59,439 bases of DNA from Ferruginibacter sp. (GTDB lineage Bacteria; Bacteroidota; Bacteroidia; Chitinophagales; Chitinophagaceae). The translations under genes and the position numbers were made by a program. Numbering within the stretch: the first letter of the stretch is position 1; each line of letters opens with the position of its first letter. The notes below the pieces were generated by a model. It saw nothing but the letters and a program-made list of their open reading frames with translations. It ran no database searches and was not told where the DNA came from. Of the stretch, positions 49,729 to 58,647 are shown one piece after another. The stretch covers positions 1-59,439 of the forward strand of contig JBBKWE010000220.1 in the NCBI GenBank assembly GCA_037968795.1. The letters are read 5' to 3'.

Positions 49729-49831
49729 AGGGATAAATAGCAAAGGCAAAAATAGTTTTAAAAAATACTACAGCCGATGATATTTTTAGAAAGCAAAAAT
49801 CAGATATTCGAATAGCCTAATCTATTTTTAA

Positions 49832-50074
49832 ATGAGCCTACAGAAGTTGCAATCAATGTTGTATAGAGGTATACTTGTAGCAGTGCTTTTCCTGAGCCAG
49901 CAATTCTCCTATGCTCAGATGGCACCACCTGCACCGCCACCTCCAGATCCGTGTACAGATCCTGCAGAGCCTTGTCCTATAGACTCCAATTTATATGTAC
50001 TTTTTATTTTTATTTTAGCATTAGTTTTATATAGCAACTATAGAAAAAGAACCGCGTCACGGGATGTTGCTTAG
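49832..50074 (+). CDS. Microprotein with signal peptide and PID-CTERM-like sorting signal
   Basis: Signal peptide to SYA-Q, 20-aa Pro-rich core, PID motif, TM helix and YRKR basic tail. Confidence 0.75.
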   Translation: MSLQKLQSMLYRGILVAVLFLSQQFSYAQMAPPAPPPPDPCTDPAEPCPIDSNLYVLFIFILALVLYSNYRKRTASRDVA

Positions 50075-50209
50075 AAGTTTTCAGTTTACCCCTATTAATC
50101 TCGCTGCTTATTGCTCCGCAATCAAGATTGCACTTTAATAGTTTCTTTTCGATAAATTTTCCCGATTTTTGGTAAAAATAAAACTAAGGCTAATTGGTTT
50201 TCACTACTT

Positions 50210-51016
50210 ATGTACAGACAAAAAAAATTATTCCCGGGTATACAGTTTTTTCTTTTCGCTGTGCTGGTGAGCTACCTTCTTAGCGCATGCGTAACTACGC
50301 AGTCCAGCGGATATTTCAAGAATATAAAAAAAGATACCAGCTTATCTATCATTGATAATCTTAAGTTTGAACAGAAAATAGAATCAGGAGATATTTTGGC
50401 TATTAAAGCCAGTAGTTTGAGTGCTGCAGAAGATATCTTCTTTAATGCAGGTGGAAGCGAATCTGCTGCCAGTGGAGGGGAAAAAGTAAGTGCAGAAGGT
50501 TTCCTGGTTGCAGATGATGGTACTGTAATGCTCCATCGCCTCGGCAAAGTAAAGGCTGCAGGAACAACCCGTAAGGATTTGGCCGCGAGAATATCAAGAG
50601 CTCTGGAACCCGCTTACATGAAAGATGTAATTGTTACAGTAAATTTTCTTAATAAGAAAATTACTGTGATGGGCGCAGTAGGAAGTCCGCAAGTCATTCC
50701 CTTGGCTAATGAAAGAATGTCCATAATAGATGCACTGGTAAGCAGCGGCGACATTACTGAAAAGGGTAACTACAAAGATGTAATGGTTATCAGGGAAGAA
50801 AAAGATGGCAAGCTGGTAAAGCATCTGAACCTCGAGGATAGAGCTATACTTACAAGTGCATGGTATTATCTGCAAGCGGGAGATATCGTGTACGTACAAC
50901 CAGATTATGAAAAAGAGGCTCTGGAGCAAAAGCAAACTAAAATGAGAGGCAGCCTCACTTTTATTATGTCAGCTGCTACATTTGCACTTATTATTATAGA
51001 TAGGATTATTCGATAA
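50210..51016 (+). CDS. wza: Polysaccharide export lipoprotein (Wza-like)
   Basis: Lipobox LSAC, Poly_export domain (GDIL, FLVADDG, LGKVKAAG), SLBB domain and YYLQAGDIVYV. Confidence 0.9.
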   Translation: MYRQKKLFPGIQFFLFAVLVSYLLSACVTTQSSGYFKNIKKDTSLSIIDNLKFEQKIESGDILAIKASSLSAAEDIFFNAGGSESAASGGEKVSAEGFLVADDGTVMLHRLGKVKAAGTTRKDLAARISRALEPAYMKDVIVTVNFLNKKITVMGAVGSPQVIPLANERMSIIDALVSSGDITEKGNYKDVMVIREEKDGKLVKHLNLEDRAILTSAWYYLQAGDIVYVQPDYEKEALEQKQTKMRGSLTFIMSAATFALIIIDRIIR

Positions 51017-51035
51017 AAGAAAGGGAAAAGGAGAT

Positions 51036-53435
51036 ATGGCCGAAGAAGACTTTTTTAATGAGAAACCGAAGACTAATCTCTTTCAGCAGATTATAAAGCG
51101 GTATTTACCCTTCTGGCCCATATATGTGCTGGTTACCTGCATTTCTCTTATTACTACTTTCGTGTATCTCCGATCGCAGACTAAAATGTACGTGGCAGTA
51201 GCTACAGTACTTTTAAAAGAAGCCAATAAAAGTGCAGACAGTAAGGTTTTGGAAGCCCTCAATATTACGAGTGAGAAAAAAGTAATCGAAAACGAGCTAC
51301 TCGTTTTAAAAAGTTCTGCGCTCATGCAAGATGTGGTAAGAGACCTTGGTTTGTACACGAGTGTATTTAATAGGGGAAAAGTGCAGACAGAAGAATTATA
51401 TGGCTCCAATGCTCCGGTCAAATTTGAAGCACTCTATCCAGACTCTGCTCTGGCGTATGGTATCATAGAATTTGAGATGGACTGGCAAAATATGGTGCTT
51501 AAAGTAGGCAAGGAAAACATTCGCTTTGGGGGCATATTTACACTGCAGGGAGCTCCTTACAGGGTTCTTGTAAATCCTACCTATAACACCACTGCAAAAG
51601 GTAAAGATTTTTATGCAAACTTTACTACCATTCCCGCGGCAGCTGGTGCTATTTTGGGGAGTCTCTCTGCCAGTACAATGAGTTTTCAAAGCACGGTGAT
51701 AGATGTAAGACTAACCACTCCCGTGAGGGAAAGGGGGGAAGCTGTACTTAACAAGTTATTTGAGGTATACAACAGCGAAGGCATCATAGATAAAAGCGAA
51801 AATGCAAAGAAAACCCTGGCATTTATTGACGAGCGTCTGCGGAATATAATAAGTCAGCTCGATAGTGCTGAAGACAAAGTACAGAATTATCGAAGTGCGA
51901 ATCGGATTATAGACATAAGCTCGCAAGCCTCCAATTATAGTGCAGCAGTAGCGGCATTAGAAACTCAAAAAGCGCAGATAGACCTGCAGATGGATCTTAT
52001 AGGAAGTGTTCAAAGCTATGTATATCGTAAGGGTGGTAATGCAGGGACGGTTCCAGCCATAGGAATGGTGGCTGATCCTCTCCTAAGCGGTCTGCTAGGC
52101 GATCTATATACTGCCGAAACTGAACTTAAACAGGCGCAGGCCGTAGCTGGTCCGCAGACAGAGCAGGTGCAACTGGCAAAGGCAAGAATAGCCCAGCTAA
52201 AACAAAGCGTAAATGAAAACATCTCTAATATAAAAGGCAGCTACGAGGTAGAACGAAGGAATATAGCTGGTAAGCTGGCAGAGAATAATAACTACCTCAG
52301 CCAGGTGCCAGCACAGGAGCGCCGCCTTATGGAACTAAGCAGACAGCAAACAATAAAAAATAATATTTACACCTTTCTCCTGCAAAAGAGAGAGGAGACT
52401 GCATTGTCTTCTGCCTCTACCTCCGGGGACCTGAAAGTTTTGGAAAATGCCAGGTCTTTCGGGCCCATAAGCCCAATCCCTAAGAACTTCTACCTGGTGG
52501 GATTACTTATAGGACTCATTGTTTTTGTAGCTTATGTATTGCTCAAAGAACAGCTTAATAATAAAGTACTCTTTCGCGAGCAGATAGAAGAAAAAACCGA
52601 GTTGCCGGTAATTGCAGAGATTGTTCAAAGTAAAAATAAATCTCCCATTGCTATACAAGAGGCAGACAGATCTGTAATAGCAGAGCAGTTCCGTGCATTG
52701 CGCACCAGTCTTGCTTTTAGAGGTTACAATGAGCTGGAGAATGTGCTCCTTATCACTAGTAGTATTACAAAAGAAGGAAAAAGTTTCATAGCTACGAACC
52801 TGGCACTTAGCCTAACCCTTACTGATAAAAAAGTGGTGTTGGTAGAACTGGATCTACGCAAACCCAAACTAAGTAAATACCTACAAGTAAATCGCGACCC
52901 CGGCATGAGTAGCTTCCTGGTGGGCAAAGCAGCCTTAGAAGAAATAGTAAAGCCGACTGCGTACAAAAACCTTTTCATAGCTACAGCAGGTCCTATTCCA
53001 CCAAATCCTAGCGAACTTATAAGCCAGGACAATTTTGGGGAGATGATGACCTACCTCAAAAAGAATTTCGATTATGTGATTATAGATAGTGCTCCGGTAG
53101 GACCCGTAGCAGATGCTTTGCTGGTAAATAAATATATTGATCAAAGCATTTATGTAGTCCGTCATGATACGACGCCACTCAATTTTCTCAATTTGATGAA
53201 AAATCTCAATAGAGAAGGTAAGCTAAAGCGAATGGGAATCGTTTTTAACGGTATAAAACCAAGAGGCGTATCCTTATTTGGATACGGTTTTGGAGGCTAT
53301 GGCAACGGCTATGGCTATGGTTACGGATATGGCTATGGCTACAGCTATGGTTACGGATATGGTACCAAACTTAAAGGTTATTTTGACGCAGAGAAGAACC
53401 TTCCCGGGTTTAAAAGTCTTTTTGGGAAAAAGTAA
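51036..53435 (+). CDS. wzc: Polysaccharide co-polymerase / BY tyrosine kinase
   Basis: Two TM segments flanking a coiled-coil region; EQFRALRT, Walker A ITSSITKEGKS, DLRKP, IIDSAP and a C-terminal (GY)n tyrosine cluster. Confidence 0.95.
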   Translation: MAEEDFFNEKPKTNLFQQIIKRYLPFWPIYVLVTCISLITTFVYLRSQTKMYVAVATVLLKEANKSADSKVLEALNITSEKKVIENELLVLKSSALMQDVVRDLGLYTSVFNRGKVQTEELYGSNAPVKFEALYPDSALAYGIIEFEMDWQNMVLKVGKENIRFGGIFTLQGAPYRVLVNPTYNTTAKGKDFYANFTTIPAAAGAILGSLSASTMSFQSTVIDVRLTTPVRERGEAVLNKLFEVYNSEGIIDKSENAKKTLAFIDERLRNIISQLDSAEDKVQNYRSANRIIDISSQASNYSAAVAALETQKAQIDLQMDLIGSVQSYVYRKGGNAGTVPAIGMVADPLLSGLLGDLYTAETELKQAQAVAGPQTEQVQLAKARIAQLKQSVNENISNIKGSYEVERRNIAGKLAENNNYLSQVPAQERRLMELSRQQTIKNNIYTFLLQKREETALSSASTSGDLKVLENARSFGPISPIPKNFYLVGLLIGLIVFVAYVLLKEQLNNKVLFREQIEEKTELPVIAEIVQSKNKSPIAIQEADRSVIAEQFRALRTSLAFRGYNELENVLLITSSITKEGKSFIATNLALSLTLTDKKVVLVELDLRKPKLSKYLQVNRDPGMSSFLVGKAALEEIVKPTAYKNLFIATAGPIPPNPSELISQDNFGEMMTYLKKNFDYVIIDSAPVGPVADALLVNKYIDQSIYVVRHDTTPLNFLNLMKNLNREGKLKRMGIVFNGIKPRGVSLFGYGFGGYGNGYGYGYGYGYGYSYGYGYGTKLKGYFDAEKNLPGFKSLFGKK

Positions 53436-53653
53436 ATTAATAATAATTTTGAAGTAACTGAGTTATCTCACATTAAAATTATTGTATCATTTCATATAAA
53501 AAGACCTTTTGCAGCAAGGGTTACAGCGGTTCACAACTGCAAAAGAAGATAGTTAATACATATTTTTTCATCACTACATCTATGTTTACTGCTGCAAAAG
53601 CAGGTGCAGTTGGAATGCTTCCTTGTAGGATAAATTCCTTAGGCGCTGTCGTA

Positions 53654-53782
53654 TAATATTACTTGTAGTGTAGTACAGGTAATATTAATAAAAGATACAT
53701 CGTCTTACGGCGGGGTGTCTGATTAATTTATAAATGGTTTCTCTTCAGTTACAAAAAAAATGGGACTGAGGAGCAGCGAAGC
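53654..53782 (+). promoter_or_regulatory. Structured upxY leader with candidate pause/loading element
   Basis: Hairpins at 53654-53687 and 53693-53720, then AGCGAAGC just upstream of the upxY ATG. Confidence 0.45.
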
Positions 53783-53792
53783 TTTGCCTCGT

Positions 53793-54293
53793 ATGGAAGA
53801 AAATCTACAATGGTTTGTTGTGTATACCCGTCCTCGTTGGGAAAAAAAAGTGGCTAGCCTGTTAGAGCAGGCTGGTATTTCATACTATTGTCCGGTTACG
53901 AAAGTAGAGAAGCAGTGGAGCGACAGACGAAAAGTTATCTTAGAACCACTTTTTAGGGGGTATGTATTTGTGCAAGTAGCAGAAGCAAATAAGTGGACTG
54001 TAAAAGCTGTTGATGGCGTACTCAATTTTGTGTATTATTTAGGGAAGCCAGCCAGGGTGCAAGACGAAGAGATCCTAACCATTCGAAAATTTTTGCAGGA
54101 GTTCGATGACGTAAAAATAGAGGATAGCACAATAGGTGAAAATGACGCAGTAAGCATACGAACTGGTGTCCTCATGGATTATAAAGGCGTAATAATAGAA
54201 GTTATAGGAAATCTTGCAAAAGTTAAAATCGACAGTATGAATTTGAGTTTAGTCGCTACTTTTAATAAAGACAACCTAAGGAAAGCTAAATGA
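53793..54293 (+). CDS. upxY: UpxY family (NusG-like) transcription antiterminator
   Basis: WFVVYTRPRWEKKV, WSDRRK, PLFRGYVFV and a KOW-like C-terminus; start moved to MEENLQW at 53793. Confidence 0.93.
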   Translation: MEENLQWFVVYTRPRWEKKVASLLEQAGISYYCPVTKVEKQWSDRRKVILEPLFRGYVFVQVAEANKWTVKAVDGVLNFVYYLGKPARVQDEEILTIRKFLQEFDDVKIEDSTIGENDAVSIRTGVLMDYKGVIIEVIGNLAKVKIDSMNLSLVATFNKDNLRKAK

Positions 54294-55417
54294 GAAAAAA
54301 GGTTGCAAATATCGTACAGCTCACCTTATTTACATTTTCTGCCACTGGCGGTATAGAAAAGGTAGCCCGGTGTTTAGGGAAGTGTTTAGAAGCATTCGCA
54401 CAGCAGCGTGGAGGCGACTATAAAATGATTTCATTTCATGATAGAACTGGTGCTGCCAATGGTAACAAATACATCAGCGAGAATAATTATACAGCCTGCG
54501 CCGGAAAAAAACTTCAATTGCTTAGCAGGCTCAGTTCATCGATACGCAAAGCAGATATAATAGTATTGCAACACGTAAATCTATTGCCCCTGGCAAAATT
54601 TATTAAGACATTTAAACCCGGGGCAAAAATTATTGTAGTAGCTCATGGCATAGAAGTATGGAAGTCCTTTACAGGAAGCAAAAAAAAACTTCTATCGTTG
54701 GTACATACTTTTGTTGCGGTTAGTAGCTTTACTGCTCGTAAGTTACAGGAAGAGCAAAGTGTGGAACCGGAAAGGGTACAAATTATAAACAATTGCCTCG
54801 ACCCCTATTTGCAGGAATTGCCCACTCCACAAAGTGCATGGCTTCTCAGAGAAAGCCTTGGGCTGCAACCAAAGGATACAATATTACTTGCCCTTACACG
54901 GCTAGCAGGTACAGAAAGGCACAAAGGATATTTTGAAGTGATAGAAGCTATTGCTGCCATAAAAAATATAGGAAAGGAGATAATTTATATCCTGGCAGGA
55001 AAGTATACAGAGGATGAGCATTCTGCAATAGTGAAGCAGGCTGCCTTACATAATGTGCGGGTAATGATGCCGGGCTACATAGCAGACGAAGATATCCCCA
55101 CCTGGTTTACAATGAGCAATATATATGTGCTACCTAGTAAGAAAGAAGGGTTTGGCATTAGCTTTATCGAAGCATTACACTATGCCCTTCCGGTAATTGC
55201 CGGCAATGCAGATGGCTCTGCAGATGCACTCTTGCACGGCAAGCTCGGCACACTGGTATCCCCGGGAAATGTGCAGGAAATACAAGGCGCCATAGAAAAA
55301 TATCTTGCCACTAAGGAAAATAGTACGGTAGACAAAGACCTACTGCAAGAAAGATTTGGTTTCGCAACCTACGCGAGGCAGTGGAATACAATACTAGAAA
55401 ATGCAGCAAGAGCATAA
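54290..55417 (+). CDS. Glycosyltransferase family 4
   Basis: GGIEK, AHGIE, RHKG and PSKKEGFGISFIEA (EX7E). Confidence 0.92.
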   Translation: MRKKVANIVQLTLFTFSATGGIEKVARCLGKCLEAFAQQRGGDYKMISFHDRTGAANGNKYISENNYTACAGKKLQLLSRLSSSIRKADIIVLQHVNLLPLAKFIKTFKPGAKIIVVAHGIEVWKSFTGSKKKLLSLVHTFVAVSSFTARKLQEEQSVEPERVQIINNCLDPYLQELPTPQSAWLLRESLGLQPKDTILLALTRLAGTERHKGYFEVIEAIAAIKNIGKEIIYILAGKYTEDEHSAIVKQAALHNVRVMMPGYIADEDIPTWFTMSNIYVLPSKKEGFGISFIEALHYALPVIAGNADGSADALLHGKLGTLVSPGNVQEIQGAIEKYLATKENSTVDKDLLQERFGFATYARQWNTILENAARA

Positions 55418-55418
55418 A

Positions 55419-56291
55419 ATGAAAGCGGAAATTATAAACCAGGAAGATGAACACTGGGATCAGGTCATAAGCCCCAAAACGGCACTGCTGCAGTTTGATT
55501 TCAAAGAATTATACCGCTACCGCGATCTGCTTTTTCTCTTTGTAAAAAGAGATTTTGTAGCGCAATACAAACAGACTATTCTGGGTCCGGTATGGCACCT
55601 CCTTCAGCCGCTGTTTACAACACTTATTTTTCTGCTCATCTTTGGGCGAATTGCCAATATACCAACAGATGGTATTGAGCCTAAAATATTATTCTACATG
55701 AGTGGCATTACAATATGGAATTATTTTAGCGCTTGTCTTACCGCCACCAGCACCACATTTGTGAGTAATGCGAGCATTTTTGGAAAAGTATATTTCCCCC
55801 GCCTTATTATGCCGCTAAGTGTAATTATGAGCAATCTTATTAAATTTGGAATTCAGTTCTTATTGCTGCTGGGGTTTCTTATTTACTTTGGTATTGCAAA
55901 TCATAACTTTTATTTTGGCGCCTCCTGGTTGCTCATTCCCGTGCTGGTAGCCATGATGGCGCTGCTCGGCCTTTCGCTGGGGCTTATTGTAAGTAGTCTT
56001 ACCACCAAGTACCGCGATCTTACTGTGCTTATAGGTTTTGCCGTGCAGCTGCTTATGTATGCCGCACCGGTAGCTTACCCGCTTTCTTTTCTACAGGGTA
56101 AATCTTACGCATGGTTAATCAGCTGGAACCCTCTTACACCAATCATAGAGGCATTTCGCTATGCTATTTTTGGCAAGGGTATGATAAACTATGCTGCACT
56201 GGGGTATAGTGGCGGGTTTATATTACTGGCTCTGTTTATAGGATTAGTTGTATTTAATAAAGTGGAAAAGACTTTTATGGATACGGTTTAA
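55419..56291 (+). CDS. wzm: ABC transporter permease for polysaccharide export
   Basis: YRDLL, YKQTILG, KVYFPR, KYRD and NPLTPIIEAFR; likely start at 55419. Confidence 0.93.
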   Translation: MKAEIINQEDEHWDQVISPKTALLQFDFKELYRYRDLLFLFVKRDFVAQYKQTILGPVWHLLQPLFTTLIFLLIFGRIANIPTDGIEPKILFYMSGITIWNYFSACLTATSTTFVSNASIFGKVYFPRLIMPLSVIMSNLIKFGIQFLLLLGFLIYFGIANHNFYFGASWLLIPVLVAMMALLGLSLGLIVSSLTTKYRDLTVLIGFAVQLLMYAAPVAYPLSFLQGKSYAWLISWNPLTPIIEAFRYAIFGKGMINYAALGYSGGFILLALFIGLVVFNKVEKTFMDTV

Positions 56292-56327
56292 AATGGTATT
56301 AAAGATCTAAAAAGATTCTCTTTCTAT

Positions 56328-56945
56328 ATGTTATCAAAAATAATTTCCGCTATAAAATTTCGCTTACGCAAGCTTTTTGAAAAGCCGCAGAAAGAAGTGC
56401 CTTATGAGCAAAAACGAAGTGTTATAAGTGCCGTAAGCAAACAAGCCGGCTACAATACATTTATAGAGACCGGAACCTTTTTTGGAGAAACTATAGCTTT
56501 TTTCAAAAACGATTTTCAAAAATTGATTTCCATCGAACTTCAGCCAGAGTTGGCTGATAAAGCACGGAGAAGATTTCAGAACGAAGAACATATTTCAATT
56601 TTAGAAGGAGACAGTGGAGAGCTTTTGCAGACTATCGTAAAGCAATTGAAGGAGCCTGCTGTTTTTTGGCTGGACGGTCATTATTCTTCTGAATTTATGG
56701 TAGGAGACGAACTTATAAAGACAGCAAAGTCTGATACGAATACACCAATTGAAAAAGAACTTGACGCAATTTTATCTTCAAACCTGCCGCACCTCATTCT
56801 GATAGACGATGCAAGAGATTTTACAGGCAGATATGACTATCCTACCTTAAAAGCTATAGAAAAAACAGTAAAGAAAAATAAAAGAAACTACGATTTTTTT
56901 GTACTGTCAGATATAATTCACATTATTCCTGCAAACACTAATTAA
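56328..56945 (+). CDS. SAM-dependent methyltransferase-like protein
   Basis: FIETGTFFG, SIEL, GDS, FWLDGH and LIDD. Confidence 0.75.
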   Translation: MLSKIISAIKFRLRKLFEKPQKEVPYEQKRSVISAVSKQAGYNTFIETGTFFGETIAFFKNDFQKLISIELQPELADKARRRFQNEEHISILEGDSGELLQTIVKQLKEPAVFWLDGHYSSEFMVGDELIKTAKSDTNTPIEKELDAILSSNLPHLILIDDARDFTGRYDYPTLKAIEKTVKKNKRNYDFFVLSDIIHIIPANTN

Positions 56946-56954
56946 CCTACAATA

Positions 56955-57644
56955 ATGCATTTTAATAATGAACTCCTTTTCAATAAATACGCTAAGCAAC
57001 AGTTTTTTTCTGGCGCTAAAGTGTTGGAAATAGGACCACAAGGTTCTCCTTCCATTTATCAAAACCTGGCGGCAAATACAGATCTTGATTGGTGGTCATT
57101 AGACATTGTAGAAGGCTTTGCCGGTAAAGAAAATCCAAAATTTATCTACAGCAAAGAATTATACAATTACCCTGTGCAGGACAATAGTTTTGATATTGTA
57201 TTCTCTGGCGGTGTCATGTGTAATGTGGGCGAGGTGTGGACCTGGATGGCAGAACTAAAACGAATAGTAAAACCAGGCGGTCTTATTATTACCATAACTC
57301 CGGTAAGCTGGCCGTATGCAAATGCACCTATAGATTGCTGGCGAATATACCCGGACGGGATGAAAGCCGTTAATAATTTTTTATCCCTGCACACCATCCA
57401 TTGTTCTGTAGAAGGGCTGGAACTGGAGCACTTTGGCTACGATAAAAAACTAGTGGACTCCCATAATATAAAAATCCCTTATGTATCGGTGGCGGGTTAT
57501 GATAATAGTAGAAAGATGTCTGCTATAAATAAGCAGAAGATGGCCGTGAATAAGGTACTTAATAGATTCCCTTTTATAAGAAGGTATTTAAATCCGGTGC
57601 ACCATGCGATTGATACGATTTGTATAGCCAAAAAAGTAAATTAA
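56955..57644 (+). CDS. Class I SAM-dependent methyltransferase
   Basis: VLEIG, DNSFDIVFS, RIVKPGG and PIDCWR. Confidence 0.85.
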   Translation: MHFNNELLFNKYAKQQFFSGAKVLEIGPQGSPSIYQNLAANTDLDWWSLDIVEGFAGKENPKFIYSKELYNYPVQDNSFDIVFSGGVMCNVGEVWTWMAELKRIVKPGGLIITITPVSWPYANAPIDCWRIYPDGMKAVNNFLSLHTIHCSVEGLELEHFGYDKKLVDSHNIKIPYVSVAGYDNSRKMSAINKQKMAVNKVLNRFPFIRRYLNPVHHAIDTICIAKKVN

Positions 57645-57681
57645 AAATGCAGGGCATCATTTACAATATCCTTATAAGTTT

Positions 57682-58599
57682 ATGAAAATGATACTCAAAA
57701 AATTTTTTTTGTGGGTAAGTGATCCTTTGGTCAATAAAAACATGGCGATCAAAAGATATTTTGATAATAAAGCAGTGGAAGAAAAATGGCAAGATCTTTT
57801 TGGAAGAAATAATGAAATAGTGCATGAGCTTTCACCGGGTATTAAAATTCATCTGCAAAGAAATAATAAGCTCTCAGAGTTTATTTTATTCAAGGATTTT
57901 GAAAAGGCAGAAATACAATTCATCACTCATTTTTTGCAACCCGGTGATACAGTCCTGGAGATAGGAGCCAATATAGGTTTGCACGCTTTGTATGAATCCC
58001 GTGCAGTGGGAACAGAGGGCAGAGTGATAGCTTTTGAGCCAGCACCTGATACTTTTAAGAGTTTACAGAGTAACATTTTATTAAATGAGTGTACTAATAT
58101 TACCGCCGTAAATGCGGGCATCTCCTCCCGTAAGGAAACTCTCGTAATGAATACTTCTCAGTACTATGATGCCTGGAACACGCTGGCAGACTCCCGTTTA
58201 TTAGAAAACAATGCAAGTCTGTTTAATGGAAAAGTAAATATAGAAGTAGAAAGCCTTGACCAATATCTTACTGACAACGATATAGCCAAATCTGAGATCT
58301 CTTTTGTAAAGATAGATGTAGAAGGATGGGAGCAGTTTGTATTTGAAGGAGGAAGAAACTTTTTTGAAAACTACGCTCCGGTCCTCATGATAGAGTTTGA
58401 TGACAATAATACAAGAGCTGCAGGCTATCATTGCTGTGACCTATATGACCAGGTAGAAAAGTTGGGCTATGATCTTTACGAGATCGCCCATAATAAACTT
58501 ATCCCGCAGGAAAGATTATTGAACTTTTCTTCCCGTAACCTGGTAGGGGTAAAAAAGAATAGTGACTATTTCTCAAGATTACATTTTGCTGCTGTATAA
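57682..58599 (+). CDS. FkbM family methyltransferase
   Basis: LEIGANIG, VIAFEP and KIDVEGWE. Confidence 0.92.
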   Translation: MKMILKKFFLWVSDPLVNKNMAIKRYFDNKAVEEKWQDLFGRNNEIVHELSPGIKIHLQRNNKLSEFILFKDFEKAEIQFITHFLQPGDTVLEIGANIGLHALYESRAVGTEGRVIAFEPAPDTFKSLQSNILLNECTNITAVNAGISSRKETLVMNTSQYYDAWNTLADSRLLENNASLFNGKVNIEVESLDQYLTDNDIAKSEISFVKIDVEGWEQFVFEGGRNFFENYAPVLMIEFDDNNTRAAGYHCCDLYDQVEKLGYDLYEIAHNKLIPQERLLNFSSRNLVGVKKNSDYFSRLHFAAV

Positions 58600-58647
58600 T
58601 ACTGCTTGCACAATTTACAGGAAAGAAAAATCGCTCAACGAGGTAAG

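Noticed and set aside
53280-53365. GGNTAY tandem repeats as a CRISPR or VNTR
   Set aside because: They encode the (GY)n autophosphorylation cluster expected at the Wzc C-terminus.
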